A stretch of DNA of 64,000 bases from assembly GCA_036257535.1 (NCBI GenBank), contig DATAFJ010000089.1:4839-68838 (forward strand), in the 5' to 3' direction. A model generated the notes under the pieces. The model ran no database searches. It saw only the letters and a program-made list of their open reading frames with translations, and was not told the origin of the DNA. This document shows positions 56,088-64,000 of the stretch, piece by piece. The stretch comes from Vicinamibacterales bacterium (lineage in GTDB: Bacteria > Acidobacteriota > Vicinamibacteria > Vicinamibacterales > 2-12-FULL-66-21). A program made the position numbers and the translations under genes. Every line of letters begins with the position of its first letter. The first letter of the stretch is position 1.

Positions 56088-56827
56088 GGGCGAACAGGAA
56101 TGCCGCGAGCGGCCAGCAGCCGCTTGAGATCCGCGACCGCGCGTTCGCCGTAGTGAAAGATCGACGCGGCGAGCGCCGCGTCGGCGCGGCCTGTCGTGAA
56201 GACCTCGACGAAATGCTCCGGGCTTCCGGCGCCGCCCGACGCGATCACAGGGATGGAAACGGCGTCGGCAATCGCGGCTGTGAGCGCGCAGTCGAATCCT
56301 GCGCGCGTGCCGTCGCGGTCCATCGACGTCACGAGCAGCTCACCTGCGCCGAGGCTGGCCGCTTCCTGCGCCCACGCCGCTGCGCCTCGGCCCGTTGCCT
56401 GCCGTCCGCTGCGGACGACGACTTCGCCGCCGCGCGCATCGATCGCGACGACGACCGCCTGACTGCCGTACCGATCCGCGAGCGCGGTGATGAGCGATGG
56501 ATCTTCGACGGCCGCCGTATTGATGCACACCTTGTCGGCGCCAGCCTCGAACGCCACAACGGCATCGTCGCGGCTGCGGATCCCGCCGCCGACGGCGAGC
56601 GGGATGAAGATCTCGCGCGCGACCGCGCGGATGGTATCGCCGAGCGCCCGCCGCCCTTCAATCGTCGCCGACACGTCGAGCACGACGATCTCGTCCGCGC
56701 CCTCGTCGTTATAGCGTCTCGCGAGCGATGCGGGGTCGCCGGCGTTTCGAAGCCCTTGGAAGCGAATTCCTTTGACGACCGAGCCGTCGCGGACATCGAG
56801 GCACGCGATGATCCTGCGCGACAGCAT
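56081..56827 (-). CDS. hisF: Imidazole glycerol phosphate synthase cyclase subunit.
   Basis: Motifs [25 protein letters not shown] and [12 protein letters not shown] are present. Confidence 0.93.
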   Translation of the reverse strand: MLSRRIIACLDVRDGSVVKGIRFQGLRNAGDPASLARRYNDEGADEIVVLDVSATIEGRRALGDTIRAVAREIFIPLAVGGGIRSRDDAVVAFEAGADKVCINTAAVEDPSLITALADRYGSQAVVVAIDARGGEVVVRSGRQATGRGAAAWAQEAASLGAGELLVTSMDRDGTRAGFDCALTAAIADAVSIPVIASGGAGSPEHFVEVFTTGRADAALAASIFHYGERAVADLKRLLAARGIPVRPC

Positions 56828-57432
56828 TACGGAGCCTCCGGGCGGCGCGTGTTCGCGAGGAAATTCCTGAGGAAGCGAAGCCCCGTCTCACCGGATTTTT
56901 CAGGGTGGAACTGGGCGCCCGCGATGCGTCCACGCTCGACGATGCTCGCGAAGCGGAGTCCGTGACACGTCGCCGCGACGCAGCCGGCGCCAACGGGCGG
57001 GGCGAACGAATGGGTGAAGTAAACCTGGCTGCCGGGTGCGATGCCATCGAGGAGCGAAGAGGGACCGGCCGGCTCGAGCGAGTTCCAGCCGACGTGCGGC
57101 ACGCGCGCTCCCTGGAGCCGCCGGCACCGGCCGGAAAACAGGCTGAGCCCGGCCAGGCCGGGCGCTTCGTCGCTGCCTTCGAAGAGCCACTGCATGCCCA
57201 GACAGATCCCGAGGAGCGCGCCGCCGTCATCGACGAACCTCAGGAGGCCGTCGCGCCACTCGGCCCCGAGCGCTGCCGTCGCGCCGAAATGGCCGACGCC
57301 GGGCACGACGACGGCGCCGGCCTGGTCGATGTCGCGCGGATGCGTGAAGCGCTGCACGCGGCCGCCGACGGCGACGAGCGCCTTCTCGACCGACTGCAGG
57401 TTGCCCACGCCGTAATCGACTAAAGCAATCAT
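56827..57432 (-). CDS. hisH: Imidazole glycerol phosphate synthase glutaminase subunit.
   Basis: The product begins [15 protein letters not shown] and contains GICLGMQ. I set the start at 57432; the longer ORF only translates repeats. Confidence 0.9.
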   Translation of the reverse strand: MIALVDYGVGNLQSVEKALVAVGGRVQRFTHPRDIDQAGAVVVPGVGHFGATAALGAEWRDGLLRFVDDGGALLGICLGMQWLFEGSDEAPGLAGLSLFSGRCRRLQGARVPHVGWNSLEPAGPSSLLDGIAPGSQVYFTHSFAPPVGAGCVAATCHGLRFASIVERGRIAGAQFHPEKSGETGLRFLRNFLANTRRPEAP

Positions 57433-57440
57433 TTCTTTAC

Positions 57441-57520
57441 TTGCGCTGAGGCCCACCCCCAGCGCCCGCCACGCCTCGCCCACGCTCGGCGCGCTGTCTC
57501 GCAACAGCAAGCCACGCCGG
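57441..57520. repeat. REP-like element, copy A, with its hairpin at 57443-57465.
   Basis: It aligns with 61318-61395 as CTTGCG(C/T)TG(A/G)GGCCCACCCCCA(G/A)CGCCCGCCAC...GCGCTGT(C/T)TCG. Confidence 0.7.
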
Positions 57521-57527
57521 CCTAGTG

Positions 57528-57597
57528 CCCCAAGCCCCAAGCCCCAGGCCCCAAGCTCCAGGCCCCAAGCTCCAAGCCCTAAGCCCTAAGCCCTACA
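57528..57597. repeat. Ten tandem CCCCAAG-type heptamers, read as GGGCTTR on the mRNA strand.
   Basis: The units are CCCCAAG x2, CCCCAGG, CCCCAAG, CTCCAGG, CCCCAAG, CTCCAAG, CCCTAAG x2 and CCCTACA. The array starts at the hisB stop codon. Confidence 0.85.
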
Positions 57598-58180
57598 AGA
57601 GTCCTTTAGTACTCGGCATCCGGCGTCCGAGTCTCGCATCCTTCGCGCAAGCGGCGCGGAGCGCGCGCGCAAATGCCTTGAAAAGTGCCTCGACCTGGTG
57701 ATGGCTCGAACGTCCGTAGAGCGCCTTGAGGTGCACGTTGGCGCGGGCGCCCTGCGCGAAGCCTTCGAAGAAGTCGTCGACGAGCTCCGCCTGCAGATCG
57801 CCGACGCGCAGCGGGCGGACTCGCAGATCGACGACCGCATGAACGCGGCCCGACAGGTCGATCGCGGCCACGCCGAGCGCCTCGTCCATCGGCATCACGA
57901 AGTAGCCCGCACGGTGAATGCCCCTGCGCGCGCCAAGTGCCTTGTCGATCGATTGTCCGAGCGCGATCCCGACGTCCTCGACCGTGTGGTGCTGGTCGAC
58001 GTCGAGATCCCCGCGGGCGTCAATCTGCAGGTCGAACGCCCCGTGGCGCGCGACGAGCTCGAGCATGTGGTCGAGAAACCGGATGCCGGTAGCGATGCGG
58101 TATTTTCCGCGACCGTCGAGCGCGATCCGCACGCTCACGTGCGTTTCCGACGTTCGGCGGTCGATCACCGCGCTCCGCAC
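57593..58180 (-). CDS. hisB: Imidazoleglycerol-phosphate dehydratase.
   Basis: The 195-aa product contains [14 protein letters not shown] and [13 protein letters not shown]. Confidence 0.93.
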   Translation of the reverse strand: MRSAVIDRRTSETHVSVRIALDGRGKYRIATGIRFLDHMLELVARHGAFDLQIDARGDLDVDQHHTVEDVGIALGQSIDKALGARRGIHRAGYFVMPMDEALGVAAIDLSGRVHAVVDLRVRPLRVGDLQAELVDDFFEGFAQGARANVHLKALYGRSSHHQVEALFKAFARALRAACAKDARLGRRMPSTKGLL

Positions 58181-59205
58181 AGCGTCTCCTCGATCGTTTC
58201 AGCCGCCCGCCGGGTATCGGCGATGCGTCCGGCCGTCACGCGGATGCAGCCGACCCCCAGGGCTGCGGTCCGATCTCGTACCGCGATGCCTCTGGCGGCA
58301 AAGGCCTCGAGCAGCCGAGGCGCCGCGTCCCCCGCGCGAAGGAGGACGAAATTCGCGGCGCTCTTCCAGTAACCGATTCCTGCGCGGTCGCAGGCGACGT
58401 ACAGAATTTCTCTCGACTGCCGCGCCTCGTCCACATACTGGCCGACGTGCCGTCGATCCGCGAGCGCCGCCGGAAGCGCCGCCGTAGCGGCCGCATTCAG
58501 CGTGTATGGCGGAACGATCGCCTTGAGCTCGGCGACGACTTCCTTCGCGCCGGCGACGAGACCGATGCGCAGCCCTGCCAGCCCGTACGCTTTTGCGAAC
58601 GTGCGGCCGACGACGAGATTCGGAGCGGAGGCGAGCCGCGCGCGATCGTCGAAGAGGCTCCAGGTACCAAACTCGGCGTACGCTTCGTCCACGAACACGA
58701 GCACGTCAGGCGCCGCAACGGCGAGGTCGAAGATCGCCTCGCGAGCGATCTCGACTCCCGTCGGGTTCATCGGCGTGTTGACGAAAACGATCCGCGTCCG
58801 CGGCGTAATCGCCGGCTTGATGCGTTCGACGCCTGGCGAGAAGTCGGGCAGGGGATCGAGCCGGACGCCGCGGCCTGCGTTGGCGTGCGTCACGACTTCG
58901 TACATGTCGAACGCCGGCTCGATGATGATGGCTTCCGCGTCGGTCCGGCCCCGAAGCGCCAGCGTCGCCGCGGCGTGCAGTCCCTCGTCCAGGCCGTTCG
59001 TCAGCACGAACTCTCCGGGCTCGAGATGAAAGTAGTCGGCCGCCGCGGCGATCGCCCGGTCGTAATCCGGATACGCGGCAAAGTCTGCCGCCGTGAGAGA
59101 GCGAATCGCCTGGAGCGCGCCAGGCGCGCACCCGTCCGATCGTTCGTTCAGATGAAGCCGCAGCGCGCCTGGTGCGGCTGCGGGCCTGTCGTATTCGCCT
59201 GTCAT
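58165..59205 (-). CDS. hisC: Histidinol-phosphate aminotransferase.
   Basis: The 346-aa product is a class-II aminotransferase with [15 protein letters not shown] (PLP-binding Lys region) and sits in the his operon. Confidence 0.9.
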   Translation of the reverse strand: MTGEYDRPAAAPGALRLHLNERSDGCAPGALQAIRSLTAADFAAYPDYDRAIAAAADYFHLEPGEFVLTNGLDEGLHAAATLALRGRTDAEAIIIEPAFDMYEVVTHANAGRGVRLDPLPDFSPGVERIKPAITPRTRIVFVNTPMNPTGVEIAREAIFDLAVAAPDVLVFVDEAYAEFGTWSLFDDRARLASAPNLVVGRTFAKAYGLAGLRIGLVAGAKEVVAELKAIVPPYTLNAAATAALPAALADRRHVGQYVDEARQSREILYVACDRAGIGYWKSAANFVLLRAGDAAPRLLEAFAARGIAVRDRTAALGVGCIRVTAGRIADTRRAAETIEETLCGAR

Positions 59206-60419
59206 AGTCTGTACCCAGGAGCCCCTATCCCCTGGAACCTCACCTCGATCGACCGGGCGTGCGCGCGAAGGCCCTCCGCCCGGGCGAGGGCGAGGGCAGC
59301 GGGGGCGATGCGGTGAAGCCCCTGCCGGGTCAGCCGCTGAATCGCCACAATCTTCACGAAGTCAGACGCGCTCAGGCCGCCGCGCGTCCGTGCCGCGCCG
59401 CCCGTCGGCAGCACGTGGTTCGATCCGGTGGCGTAGTCGCCGGCCGCCGGCGCCGACCATCGGCCCACGAAGATCGTCCCAGCGTTCCGGATGAGGACCG
59501 CCATTCGCTCGTCGTCTACCGCGACGTGCTCCGGCGCCATCGAATTGACCAGCGCGAGGGCTTCCGCCACGGTTTGTGTGACGATGACGTCGCCTGCTTT
59601 CGCCGCGGCCACCTCTGTGCCCAGCCGCCGGTTCGGCGTAATGAGCAGCGCGCGCGCATCGGGGTCGTGCTCCGCCTGCGCGGCCAGGTCCGCCGAGATT
59701 TCACGTGCGAGTCCGTTGACGCTGACAATGACGAGCTCGGTCGGGCCGGCCTCGAAATCGACGTCGCAGTCGCGCGCGACGAGCCGTTTCGCGGCCGCGA
59801 CCCACGCGTTGCCGGGGCCGACGATCTTGTCCACGCGTGGCACGCTCCCGGTCCCATACGCAAGCGCCGCGATGGCGTGCGCGCCGCCCACTCGAAACAG
59901 CCGCGTGACGCCCGCCTCGTGCGCCGCGGCGAGGATCGCCGGCCCGGGCCGTGGACTCGTGACGACGATCTCGGCGACGCCGGCCGCGGACGCGGGGATG
60001 GCGGTCATCAGAACGGTGGAGACGAGCGGGAAGCGGCCGCCGGGGACGTAGCAGCCCACGCGCGCCAGAGGGATCGGCCGCAACTCGATCGCGACGCCTG
60101 GTGTGGTCGACACACGAATCGGCCTGGGCACCTGGCGCTCGGCGAGTTTGCGAATCGCTCGCGCAGCGCTCGCGATGGCGCGCCGGACGTCCCGCGGCGC
60201 GCGCGCTGCCCCGGTTCGAATCTCCCGGCGCGACAGTTCGATCGGTCCGTCGAGGCCGTCCAGCTTCCGGGCGAACGATGCGAGTGCGGCATCGCCCCCT
60301 CGGCGTACCGCGCCGACGATCGCGGCGGCCCGGCGCGCAATTGTACGATCGCGCCGCGCGCGGCGTCGGAGGACGCCGTCGATAGCCTTCCGGTCGGACG
60401 ATTCGATGAGTCGAGGCAT
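59202..60419 (-). CDS. hisD: Histidinol dehydrogenase.
   Basis: The 405-aa product contains AQAEHDPDA, GDYATGSNHVLPTGG, and sits in the his operon. Confidence 0.9.
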   Translation of the reverse strand: MPRLIESSDRKAIDGVLRRRARRDRTIARRAAAIVGAVRRGGDAALASFARKLDGLDGPIELSRREIRTGAARAPRDVRRAIASAARAIRKLAERQVPRPIRVSTTPGVAIELRPIPLARVGCYVPGGRFPLVSTVLMTAIPASAAGVAEIVVTSPRPGPAILAAAHEAGVTRLFRVGGAHAIAALAYGTGSVPRVDKIVGPGNAWVAAAKRLVARDCDVDFEAGPTELVIVSVNGLAREISADLAAQAEHDPDARALLITPNRRLGTEVAAAKAGDVIVTQTVAEALALVNSMAPEHVAVDDERMAVLIRNAGTIFVGRWSAPAAGDYATGSNHVLPTGGAARTRGGLSASDFVKIVAIQRLTRQGLHRIAPAALALARAEGLRAHARSIEVRFQGIGAPGYRL

Positions 60420-60422
60420 GTG

Positions 60423-61307
60423 TCAGACGACGATCTTGTTCAGCGGATACTCGACGATGCCGTGGGCGGAGGCGGCCCTGAGCCGCGGAATAAGGTCGCG
60501 GACGGTCTTCTCTTCGACGATCGTGTTCAGCGCAACCCAGTCATTGTCTGTGAGCGGCGAGATCGTCGGCCGTTGAAGCGCCGGAAGCAGTGCGAGGACG
60601 GCGTCGAGATCGGCGCGGCGCACGTTCAGCATCAGGCCCACCCGCCCATGCGCCTCGATGGCGGCGCGGAGGAGCAGCGCGACGTTATCGATCTTGGTAC
60701 GTTTCCATGGATCCCGCGACGCCTGCGGGCTCGCGATGAGCTGGGTCGTCGATTCCATGACGGTCTCGATGACGCGCAGCCGGTTGGCGCGCAGCGACGA
60801 ACCGGTCTCGGTGACCTCGACGATCGCGTCGGCCAGCACGGGCGGCTTGACCTCGGTGGCGCCCCACGAGAACTCGACGTTGACCTTCACGTTCAAGCGC
60901 GCGAAGTACGCCTCGGTCGCCTTGACCAGCTCGGTCGCGATCGTGCAGCCGTCGAGATCGCGTGGCGTCCGGAAGCGCGACTCTTCGGGGACCGCGAGCA
61001 CCCACCGGACCTTGCCGAAGCTCTGCTTCGCATACGCAAGCTCGATGACGGGTACGAGTCCGTTCTGGCCGTTCGCGGCCCCGTGCTCGGCAATCCAGTC
61101 CTGGCCGGTCAGCCCCGCGTCGAGAACGCCGTCGGCCACGTAGCGCGGCATCTCCTGCGCCCGGATCAGCATGCATTCGATCTCGGAGTCATCGATGGCG
61201 GGGAAGTACGATCGCTCGCTCGCGTAGATGTTGAAGCCTGCGCGGGCGAAGAGCTGGATGGTCGCCTCCTGCAGCGACCCCTTCGGGATGCCGAGTTTGA
61301 GTTTCAT
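60423..61307 (-). CDS. hisG: ATP phosphoribosyltransferase, long form.
   Basis: The product begins [20 protein letters not shown] and is 294 aa. I set the start at 61307. Confidence 0.9.
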   Translation of the reverse strand: MKLKLGIPKGSLQEATIQLFARAGFNIYASERSYFPAIDDSEIECMLIRAQEMPRYVADGVLDAGLTGQDWIAEHGAANGQNGLVPVIELAYAKQSFGKVRWVLAVPEESRFRTPRDLDGCTIATELVKATEAYFARLNVKVNVEFSWGATEVKPPVLADAIVEVTETGSSLRANRLRVIETVMESTTQLIASPQASRDPWKRTKIDNVALLLRAAIEAHGRVGLMLNVRRADLDAVLALLPALQRPTISPLTDNDWVALNTIVEEKTVRDLIPRLRAASAHGIVEYPLNKIVV

Positions 61308-61720
61308 CTTTTTTTCTCTTGCGTTGGGGCCCCACCCCCAACGCCCGCCACCCCTCGACTCGCTTCGCTCGCTCGGGGCGCTGTTTCGGAACGGCTCGTT
61401 GAAGACGCTTGCAGTTCGCGGAAGAAACAGCTTCTTGCTCCCGTATGGCACACGTTTCCGTCGCCTTGCCGCTCCACTCGGACGAGGAGCGTGTCCTCGT
61501 CGCAATCCACGAGCAGGCGCTTGACCGCGAGGCGATTGCCCGAGGTTTCCCCCTTCGTCCAAAGCGCGTTGCGCGTGCGGCTGAAAAAGGTCACGAACCC
61601 CGTCTCCCGCGTCCGCGCGAGTGCGGTCTCGTTCATGAACCCCACCATCAACACCTCACCGCTCTCGTCGTCCTGGACGACAGCGGGGAGAAGACCTGCC
61701 ATCTTGTCGAAGTCCAGCAT
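61304..61720 (-). CDS. hisI: Phosphoribosyl-AMP cyclohydrolase with no HisE domain. Its C-terminal approx 34 residues are encoded by the REP-like element.
   Basis: Motifs [16 protein letters not shown] and [14 protein letters not shown] are present. The tail [34 protein letters not shown] is translated repeat. The stop overlaps the hisG ATG in an ATGA. Confidence 0.88.
   Translation of the reverse strand: MLDFDKMAGLLPAVVQDDESGEVLMVGFMNETALARTRETGFVTFFSRTRNALWTKGETSGNRLAVKRLLVDCDEDTLLVRVERQGDGNVCHTGARSCFFRELQASSTSRSETAPRASEASRGVAGVGGGAPTQEKKR
61318..61395. repeat. REP-like element, copy B, with its hairpin at 61321-61344.
   Basis: On the mRNA strand it reads GCGTTGGGG-GTGGGG-CCCCAACGC, then AAGAGAAAAAAAG, then the hisG ATG. 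Confidence 0.7.
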
Positions 61721-61725
61721 TTACT

Positions 61726-61752
61726 GATCCGTGCGATCCGTGGAATCCGTGG
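61726..61752. repeat. Three 9-nt direct repeats between the attenuator terminator and the hisI start.
   Basis: The forward strand reads GATCCGTGC GATCCGTGG AATCCGTGG. On the mRNA strand this is CCACGGATT CCACGGATC GCACGGATC. Confidence 0.75.
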
Positions 61753-61792
61753 CAAAAAATGAAAAGCCCCGCCGGAATCATCCGGCGGGGCT
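61753..61792 (-). terminator. Intrinsic terminator of the his attenuator.
   Basis: On the mRNA strand it reads AGCCCCGCCGGA-UGAU-UCCGGCGGGGCU followed by UUUUCAUUUUUU. Confidence 0.8.
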
Positions 61793-61828
61793 CGTGAACT
61801 CTGCTTCGCGCTGGGTTGCCGTTCGGCT

Positions 61829-61906
61829 TCAGCCGAACCGCGTGCAGTCCTCCACCGGCCCCGCCGGAGCGGGATGGTGATGATGCCGGTGGTGGTGGCG
61901 CTGCAT
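61829..61906 (-). CDS. hisL: his operon leader peptide (25 aa).
   Basis: The product is MQRHHHRHHHHPAPAGPVEDCTRFG, with 7 His among codons 4-11. It lies upstream of the terminator and of hisI. Confidence 0.75.
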   Translation of the reverse strand: MQRHHHRHHHHPAPAGPVEDCTRFG

Positions 61907-61914
61907 GTGGTCTG

Positions 61915-61944
61915 ACCCTACTTCAATAGCTCGAGCACTGTCAA
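61915..61944 (-). promoter_or_regulatory. Candidate sigma70-type promoter of the his operon.
   Basis: TTGACA-N18-TAGGGT ends 8 nt before the leader ATG, which implies a very short 5' UTR. Confidence 0.4.
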
Positions 61945-61949
61945 ACGAA

Positions 61950-62019
61950 GCAGCCCTGCCCGCCTCCGCCGAGGCTCCGGCGGGTCCGCCGAAGCTTCCG
62001 CGAAGGCGGAAAGGGCTGC
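61950..62019 (-). terminator. Structured GC-rich three-way element directly after the S9 pseudogene stop.
   Basis: The outer stem is GCAGCCCT/AGGGCTGC. It encloses two hairpins, CCGCCG-aggctc-CGGCGG and TCCGCC-...-GGCGGA. The trailing U-tract is weak. Confidence 0.35.
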
Positions 62020-62020
62020 G

Positions 62021-64000
62021 CTACTGTTGCGTTGTTGTCTGCGTCCCGCTCCTCTTGTGCTTCTCGAACCAGTACCGCAGATAGAGCTGCGTCCGGACGA
62101 AGTTCGACGGCTTGGACGTCGTCCCGTGCCATTCGTCGTTGAAGCGGACCATCGCCTTCGGCACCTTCCGGAGCTTCAGCGCGCTGTAGAACTGCTCGGT
62201 CTGGGCCATCGGGGTGCGCAGGTCGTTGACACCGGTCATCAGCATGGTGGGCGTCTTGACGTTGCCCACGTAAGTGAGCGGCGATCGGCGGATGTGCTCG
62301 CTGGGGTCCTCCGACGGCAGCTTCTCGAAGTTGTAGTACCAGCTCGAGCCGTCCGTCGTGCCCACGAACGACAACCAGTCGGTCACCGGGCAGTTGGACG
62401 AGGCGGCTGCGAAGCGGTCGGTGTGGCCGACGACCCACGCGGTCAGAACGCCGCCGCCGCTGCAGCCGGTGACGAACATGTTGGCGGGATCGACGAAGCC
62501 CTTGGCGAAGAGCGCATCCACGCCCGCCATCAAGTCGTCATAGTCCTTGCTCGGGTAAGCGCGCATGATCGCGTTTCCGAACTTGCTGCCGTAACCCGTG
62601 CTACCGCGCGGGTTGGTGTAGAGCACCACGTAACCGTTGGCGGCGTGCTCCTGCCAGCCGAAGTTGAATCCGACGCCGTACATCGCATGCGGGCCGCCGT
62701 GGATGTGGAGCTGCACCGGATACTTCTTCGATGCGTCGAAGTCGGGCGGCATGACGTACCAGCCCTGCACCCTCAATCCATCCGGCGACGTGTACCACAT
62801 CTCGGTGACCGCGCCGAGCGTCTTGCCTGCGAGGATGTCATCGTTGACGTTCGTCAACTGCTTGATGTTCCGCCGCGGCTTTCAGATTGAACGACACGAT
62901 GTCCCCCGGTTTCTGCGGGCTCGTGAGCGTGCCGACGGCGAGACCACTCTTGCCGATGTCGCCGACGCTCAGGATGTGCACACCTTTCGTGACCGGCTGC
63001 ACCTTGCCCACGGCGCCGCCAGACAGCGGGAGGAAATGGAGGTTCTGTGATCCTTCATTCTGCGCCGTGAAGTAGAGGCCGCTGCCATCCGCAGCCCATT
63101 TGATGTCCTGCGGCGACCGATCCCAGTCGCCGGAAACGAGGCTGGGATCCGACCCGTCCGCGTTCATCACGTAGCCCTTGCTGTCGATCCACGTGTCTTT
63201 CGTCCAGTCGTAGCCGACGTATGCGACGCGCTTTCCGTCCGGCGACACGACCGGATTGTTGTCCGGGCCCTTGCGGCGCGATGAGTTGACGCACGGCGCC
63301 GCTGGCGACGTCGATGGCATAGATCTCCGTTCCGCGCCAACGGTACTCCGCGTCGTTCTCACGCAGGCCGCTGAAGAGGATCGACTTTCCGTCGGGCGTC
63401 CACTCGGGCGCTGCGCCGTGATCGAAATTGCCGTCGGTGAGCCGCCGCGGCGTGCCGCCGCTCGCCGGCACCACGAAGATGTGGCGATAGCCCGTGTCGG
63501 TGAAGCCCTGCCGATCGCGCCGGTAATTGAGCCGCTCGACGATCTGCGGCGTTTCGGTCCACTTGGCACCTTCCGGCTTCTTCGGCATCTTGATCGGCCA
63601 CTCGACCTTGTCCTCGACGCTCATCGAGAACGCGATCTGCGCGCCGTCAGGCGACCATCCGACGCCGTTCGGCGACTGTTCGACGCGCGTCACCTGCGAG
63701 GTGGCCCCTTCGGCGTCCATCCATCGCGCGAAAACCTGCGAGCCTTTCGGCTCTCCCGGTGCCGTGTACAGGATGCGATCGCCGTTCGGAGACCAGCGCG
63801 CGATCGAGCCTTTGGCCAGAAACCGATTGCGCGTGCCGTCCGTGTTCATGATCCAGAGGGCTGACTCGCGCGAGTCGCCCATCTTGTCGATCAGCCGCGC
63901 GTGTAAATGATCTGGCTTCCATCGGCGACAGCTGGGGATCGGATACGGTTTCCAGCTTGAGATAGTCGTCCAGGGTCAGACGATCCGGGCGCTTCTCGTG
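62021..64000 (-). pseudogene. S9-family serine peptidase, 5' end beyond the window, interrupted by at least four frameshifts.
   Basis: The homologous sequence runs across frames 1, 2, 0, 2 and 1. It reads ...LSP|DGSQIIYTRG|LIDKMGDSRESALW...GAVRQL|SRRKGPDNNPVVSPDGKRVAY...SFNLKAAAE|IKQLTNVNDDILAG...GCSGGG.... Breaks lie near 63920, 63897, 63280 and 62868. Confidence 0.65.

Noticed and set aside
56827-57540. Upstream extensions of the hisH ORF (to 57540) and of the hisG ORF (60423..61562), and also of the POP ORF (to 19938).
   Set aside because: The extensions translate intergenic repeats or spacers (for example GEAWRALGVG and GGGRWGWGP). Family-typical N-termini begin at 57432, 61307 and 19689.
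57577-57597. (CCCTAAG)n, which resembles eukaryotic telomere repeats.
   Set aside because: There are only two to three such units, inside a degenerate CCCCAAG heptamer array in the middle of a bacterial operon. The locus is not at a replicon end, so the resemblance is coincidental.
59259-61727. 822-aa ORF on the plus strand, opposite hisD, hisG and hisI.
   Set aside because: It is antisense to three confidently recognised his genes, and its translation is Arg-rich and low in complexity.
1-64000. I looked for mobile elements, prophage genes, defence systems (restriction-modification, toxin-antitoxin, CRISPR-Cas, retrons), rRNA and tRNA.
   Set aside because: I recognised no transposase, integrase, recombinase, reverse transcriptase, nuclease-methylase pair or cas-like protein. 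All intergenic regions are short and are accounted for by the repeats and regulatory elements listed above. No tRNA-like T-loop or acceptor pattern was seen by eye. A tRNAscan or Infernal run would be needed to exclude small RNAs formally.

Overview
This is a high-GC (by eye about two-thirds G+C), densely coding bacterial chromosomal segment with roughly 55 protein genes on both strands. I recognised no rRNA, tRNA, CRISPR array, transposase, integrase or phage genes. The gene content suggests an Acidobacteriota-like soil bacterium, which is inference only. That content includes a PadR regulator with a duplicated FtsX-type 'ADOP' permease, an ECF sigma factor paired with a Ser/Thr-kinase-TPR protein, many secreted S9/M28/M55 peptidases, and a type III glutamine synthetase.

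Housekeeping genes present:
- dinB, glnN and sucA-sucB.
- The A and B subunits of a type IIA topoisomerase, about 16 kb apart.
- A minus-strand his operon in the order hisI-G-D-C-B-H-F-A.

Most noteworthy observations:
1. A His-codon leader peptide with a mutually exclusive antiterminator/terminator lies in front of the his operon.
2. A conserved GC hairpin plus A-rich element sits directly before the ATG of three operon-internal genes, with a compensatory base-pair change between copies.
3. Several families of 7-nt tandem or palindromic repeats fill intergenic spacers. One pair of about 72-nt inverted arms encloses a frameshifted four-helix-bundle (23S-rRNA-IVS/Avd family) gene in an IVS-like arrangement. 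An in-frame palindromic 9-nt repeat encodes a linker of SucB.
4. A bacterial eRF1-like (baeRF/Vms1-like) gene carries GGWSQ in place of GGQ and is followed by a tiny basic ORF.
5. Two of the four S9 peptidase paralogs carry clustered frameshifts.

Coordinates of non-ORF features were anchored on neighbouring ORF ends but may be off by a base or two.
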